25,656 nt of DNA from IMG/VR virus record IMGVR_UViG_3300033067_000753, positions 1-25,656 of that record, one strand, 5' to 3'. A program made the position numbers and the translations under genes. This document shows, one piece after another, positions 24,482-25,656 of this stretch (position 1 is its first letter; the number at the start of each line of letters is the position of its first letter). This DNA comes from a virus (taxonomy: Duplodnaviria; Caudoviricetes). Under the pieces are notes generated by a model. That model had not been told where the DNA came from, made no database searches, and was given only the letters and a program-made list of their open reading frames with translations.

Positions 24482-24887
24482 CTGGTTTTAACTTCCCGTC
24501 TTTCAATAAGGCTATTAGCTGATCCTGCCAAGTCTCTACAACTGTTGTTTGTTTGACCGGCCCGTCAATCCGCTCTAACGCATGGCCCAACATCCCCGGC
24601 GATGGTTCGTTAACCATTGCCATCCACCACCGCAGCGCCAACACGCCAGCTAGGGGAATGTCGCCGGTCTTGAGCGCCTTAAACTCTTTGGCGTATTGCT
24701 GGCAAGCGTTAGCGACTTCCTCCGAGGTCATGCCGCCAAACTCTTTCAGCCAGTGCGTGATGCTGACTTCGTTCTTGGGCCTGCCGCCGGGGTTGCGCAC
24801 CTCGCCCGGTTTAATGGCGTGAGGGTTGCCCTTCTGGAACGGCTTGCCGCGCGTTTTTTTGACGTTGTTCTGTGCGCTTTCGGTCAT
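24369..24887 (-). CDS. Probable terminase small subunit (DUF5681-like N-terminus)
   Basis: KPFQKGNP...KPGEVRNPGGRPK motif and ERIDG motif; directly upstream of terL. Confidence 0.75.
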   Translation of the reverse strand: MTESAQNNVKKTRGKPFQKGNPHAIKPGEVRNPGGRPKNEVSITHWLKEFGGMTSEEVANACQQYAKEFKALKTGDIPLAGVLALRWWMAMVNEPSPGMLGHALERIDGPVKQTTVVETWQDQLIALLKDGKLKPDDVINELGADLATPIIAAAGLWRNGSGEAGPQDSQAD

Positions 24888-24891
24888 GGTT

Positions 24892-25224
24892 TCACTTCGC
24901 CGCCGTCAGCGGGTCACGCACGATCACGCTGAACACCGGCTTAAACGGATTCGCCCGCGAGTTGGTGAACGTCACCTGTATTTGGAATCGTCCAGCAACG
25001 GCGCTACTAATTTTTGGCAAGGTGATGATGTTGCCATTTACGCTCGTTGACCCACTCAGTAGCGTTGACGTTACATCTGTGCCTGTATCCAAGTTGGTCG
25101 CCGTAACGCTAACGCTTGTCGGGCTTCCCCCGTAGTTGGTTGTGTCCAATGTTGGGTTTGGGCCTTCCCCAACCCATTGTTGTAGCGGGCTTCCCGCCAC
25201 GACTAGATTTGCCGCTAGGCTCAT
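24892..25224 (-). CDS. Hypothetical beta-sandwich (Ig-like) protein
   Basis: 110 aa, Thr/Ser/Val-rich alternating pattern; ATGA coupling; GGAG RBS. Confidence 0.65.
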   Translation of the reverse strand: MSLAANLVVAGSPLQQWVGEGPNPTLDTTNYGGSPTSVSVTATNLDTGTDVTSTLLSGSTSVNGNIITLPKISSAVAGRFQIQVTFTNSRANPFKPVFSVIVRDPLTAAK

Positions 25225-25613
25225 ATTCGCTCCTGTAACGCCAGCGCCGTTTCTCGCTGCGTCAACATCTCGTCTATCTGTCGTTCAGTCATCGTCATCA
25301 ATTCGCGCCTATCCATTAACACCATCAGCGTATGGCGCGTCGGCAACGTCAGCGCCGTAGCGCGTGGCTCAACGTGCAGCGCGGTCGTGCGCTCGTCCAG
25401 TGCCAGCACAACGCTCCGCCCCGCCAACGTCAGACCCACCCCGCGCTCTGCAACCACCAACGCCACGCTGCGCTCGAATAGCTCGGTGGCTACGTCACGC
25501 TCAGGCACAGCCAGCGCAATCGAACGCGGGTAAAGCGTGAGGGTTGCCGCCTCGGTGGTCGGCGGGGGCGTTGATTGCACCCCCTTTTGGCGAAAGAAGA
25601 AGAACAGCGACAT
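25221..25613 (-). CDS. Hypothetical protein with 9-residue tandem repeats
   Basis: Arg recurs exactly every 9 residues, 12 times; TAATG coupling to the upstream ORF. Confidence 0.7.
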   Translation of the reverse strand: MSLFFFFRQKGVQSTPPPTTEAATLTLYPRSIALAVPERDVATELFERSVALVVAERGVGLTLAGRSVVLALDERTTALHVEPRATALTLPTRHTLMVLMDRRELMTMTERQIDEMLTQRETALALQERI

Positions 25614-25656
25614 TAGGCAATATCAACCTGAATTCCAAACGCGCTTACTGTGACGT
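25613..25656 (-). CDS. 3' end of a gene truncated by the window edge
   Basis: Open frame ...VTVSAFGIQVDIA* whose TAA overlaps the next ATG. Confidence 0.45.
   Translation of the reverse strand, partial: VTVSAFGIQVDIA

Overview
Segment of a tailed phage or prophage genome with a siphovirus-like morphogenesis region; no integrase, lysis or replication genes are in view. Positions ~2446-25656 are one leftward (- strand) late operon: probable small terminase, large terminase, a portal fused to a MuF/minor head domain, a block of small accessory ORFs ending in a promoter-driven tRNA-like element, prohead protease, HK97-fold major capsid, head-tail proteins, tail tube, chaperone, tape measure, Dit, a repeat-containing fibre, a Gp37-like hub, a C1q-like fibre protein, a secreted SGNH esterase and an uncharacterised protein. 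Converging on it from the left (+ strand) is the most striking element, an apparently self-contained Ro60/Y-RNA cassette. It has a sigma70-type promoter, then two tandem structured RNAs sharing an identical basal stem with compensatory changes (one short; one carrying a circularly permuted tRNA mimic that appears to keep an anticodon-like loop), an intrinsic terminator, a TROVE/vWA (Ro60/Rsr) gene, and finally a separately promoted ~65-nt hairpin sRNA. All product calls come from motif recognition and gene order, not database searches, and RNA folds were paired by eye.
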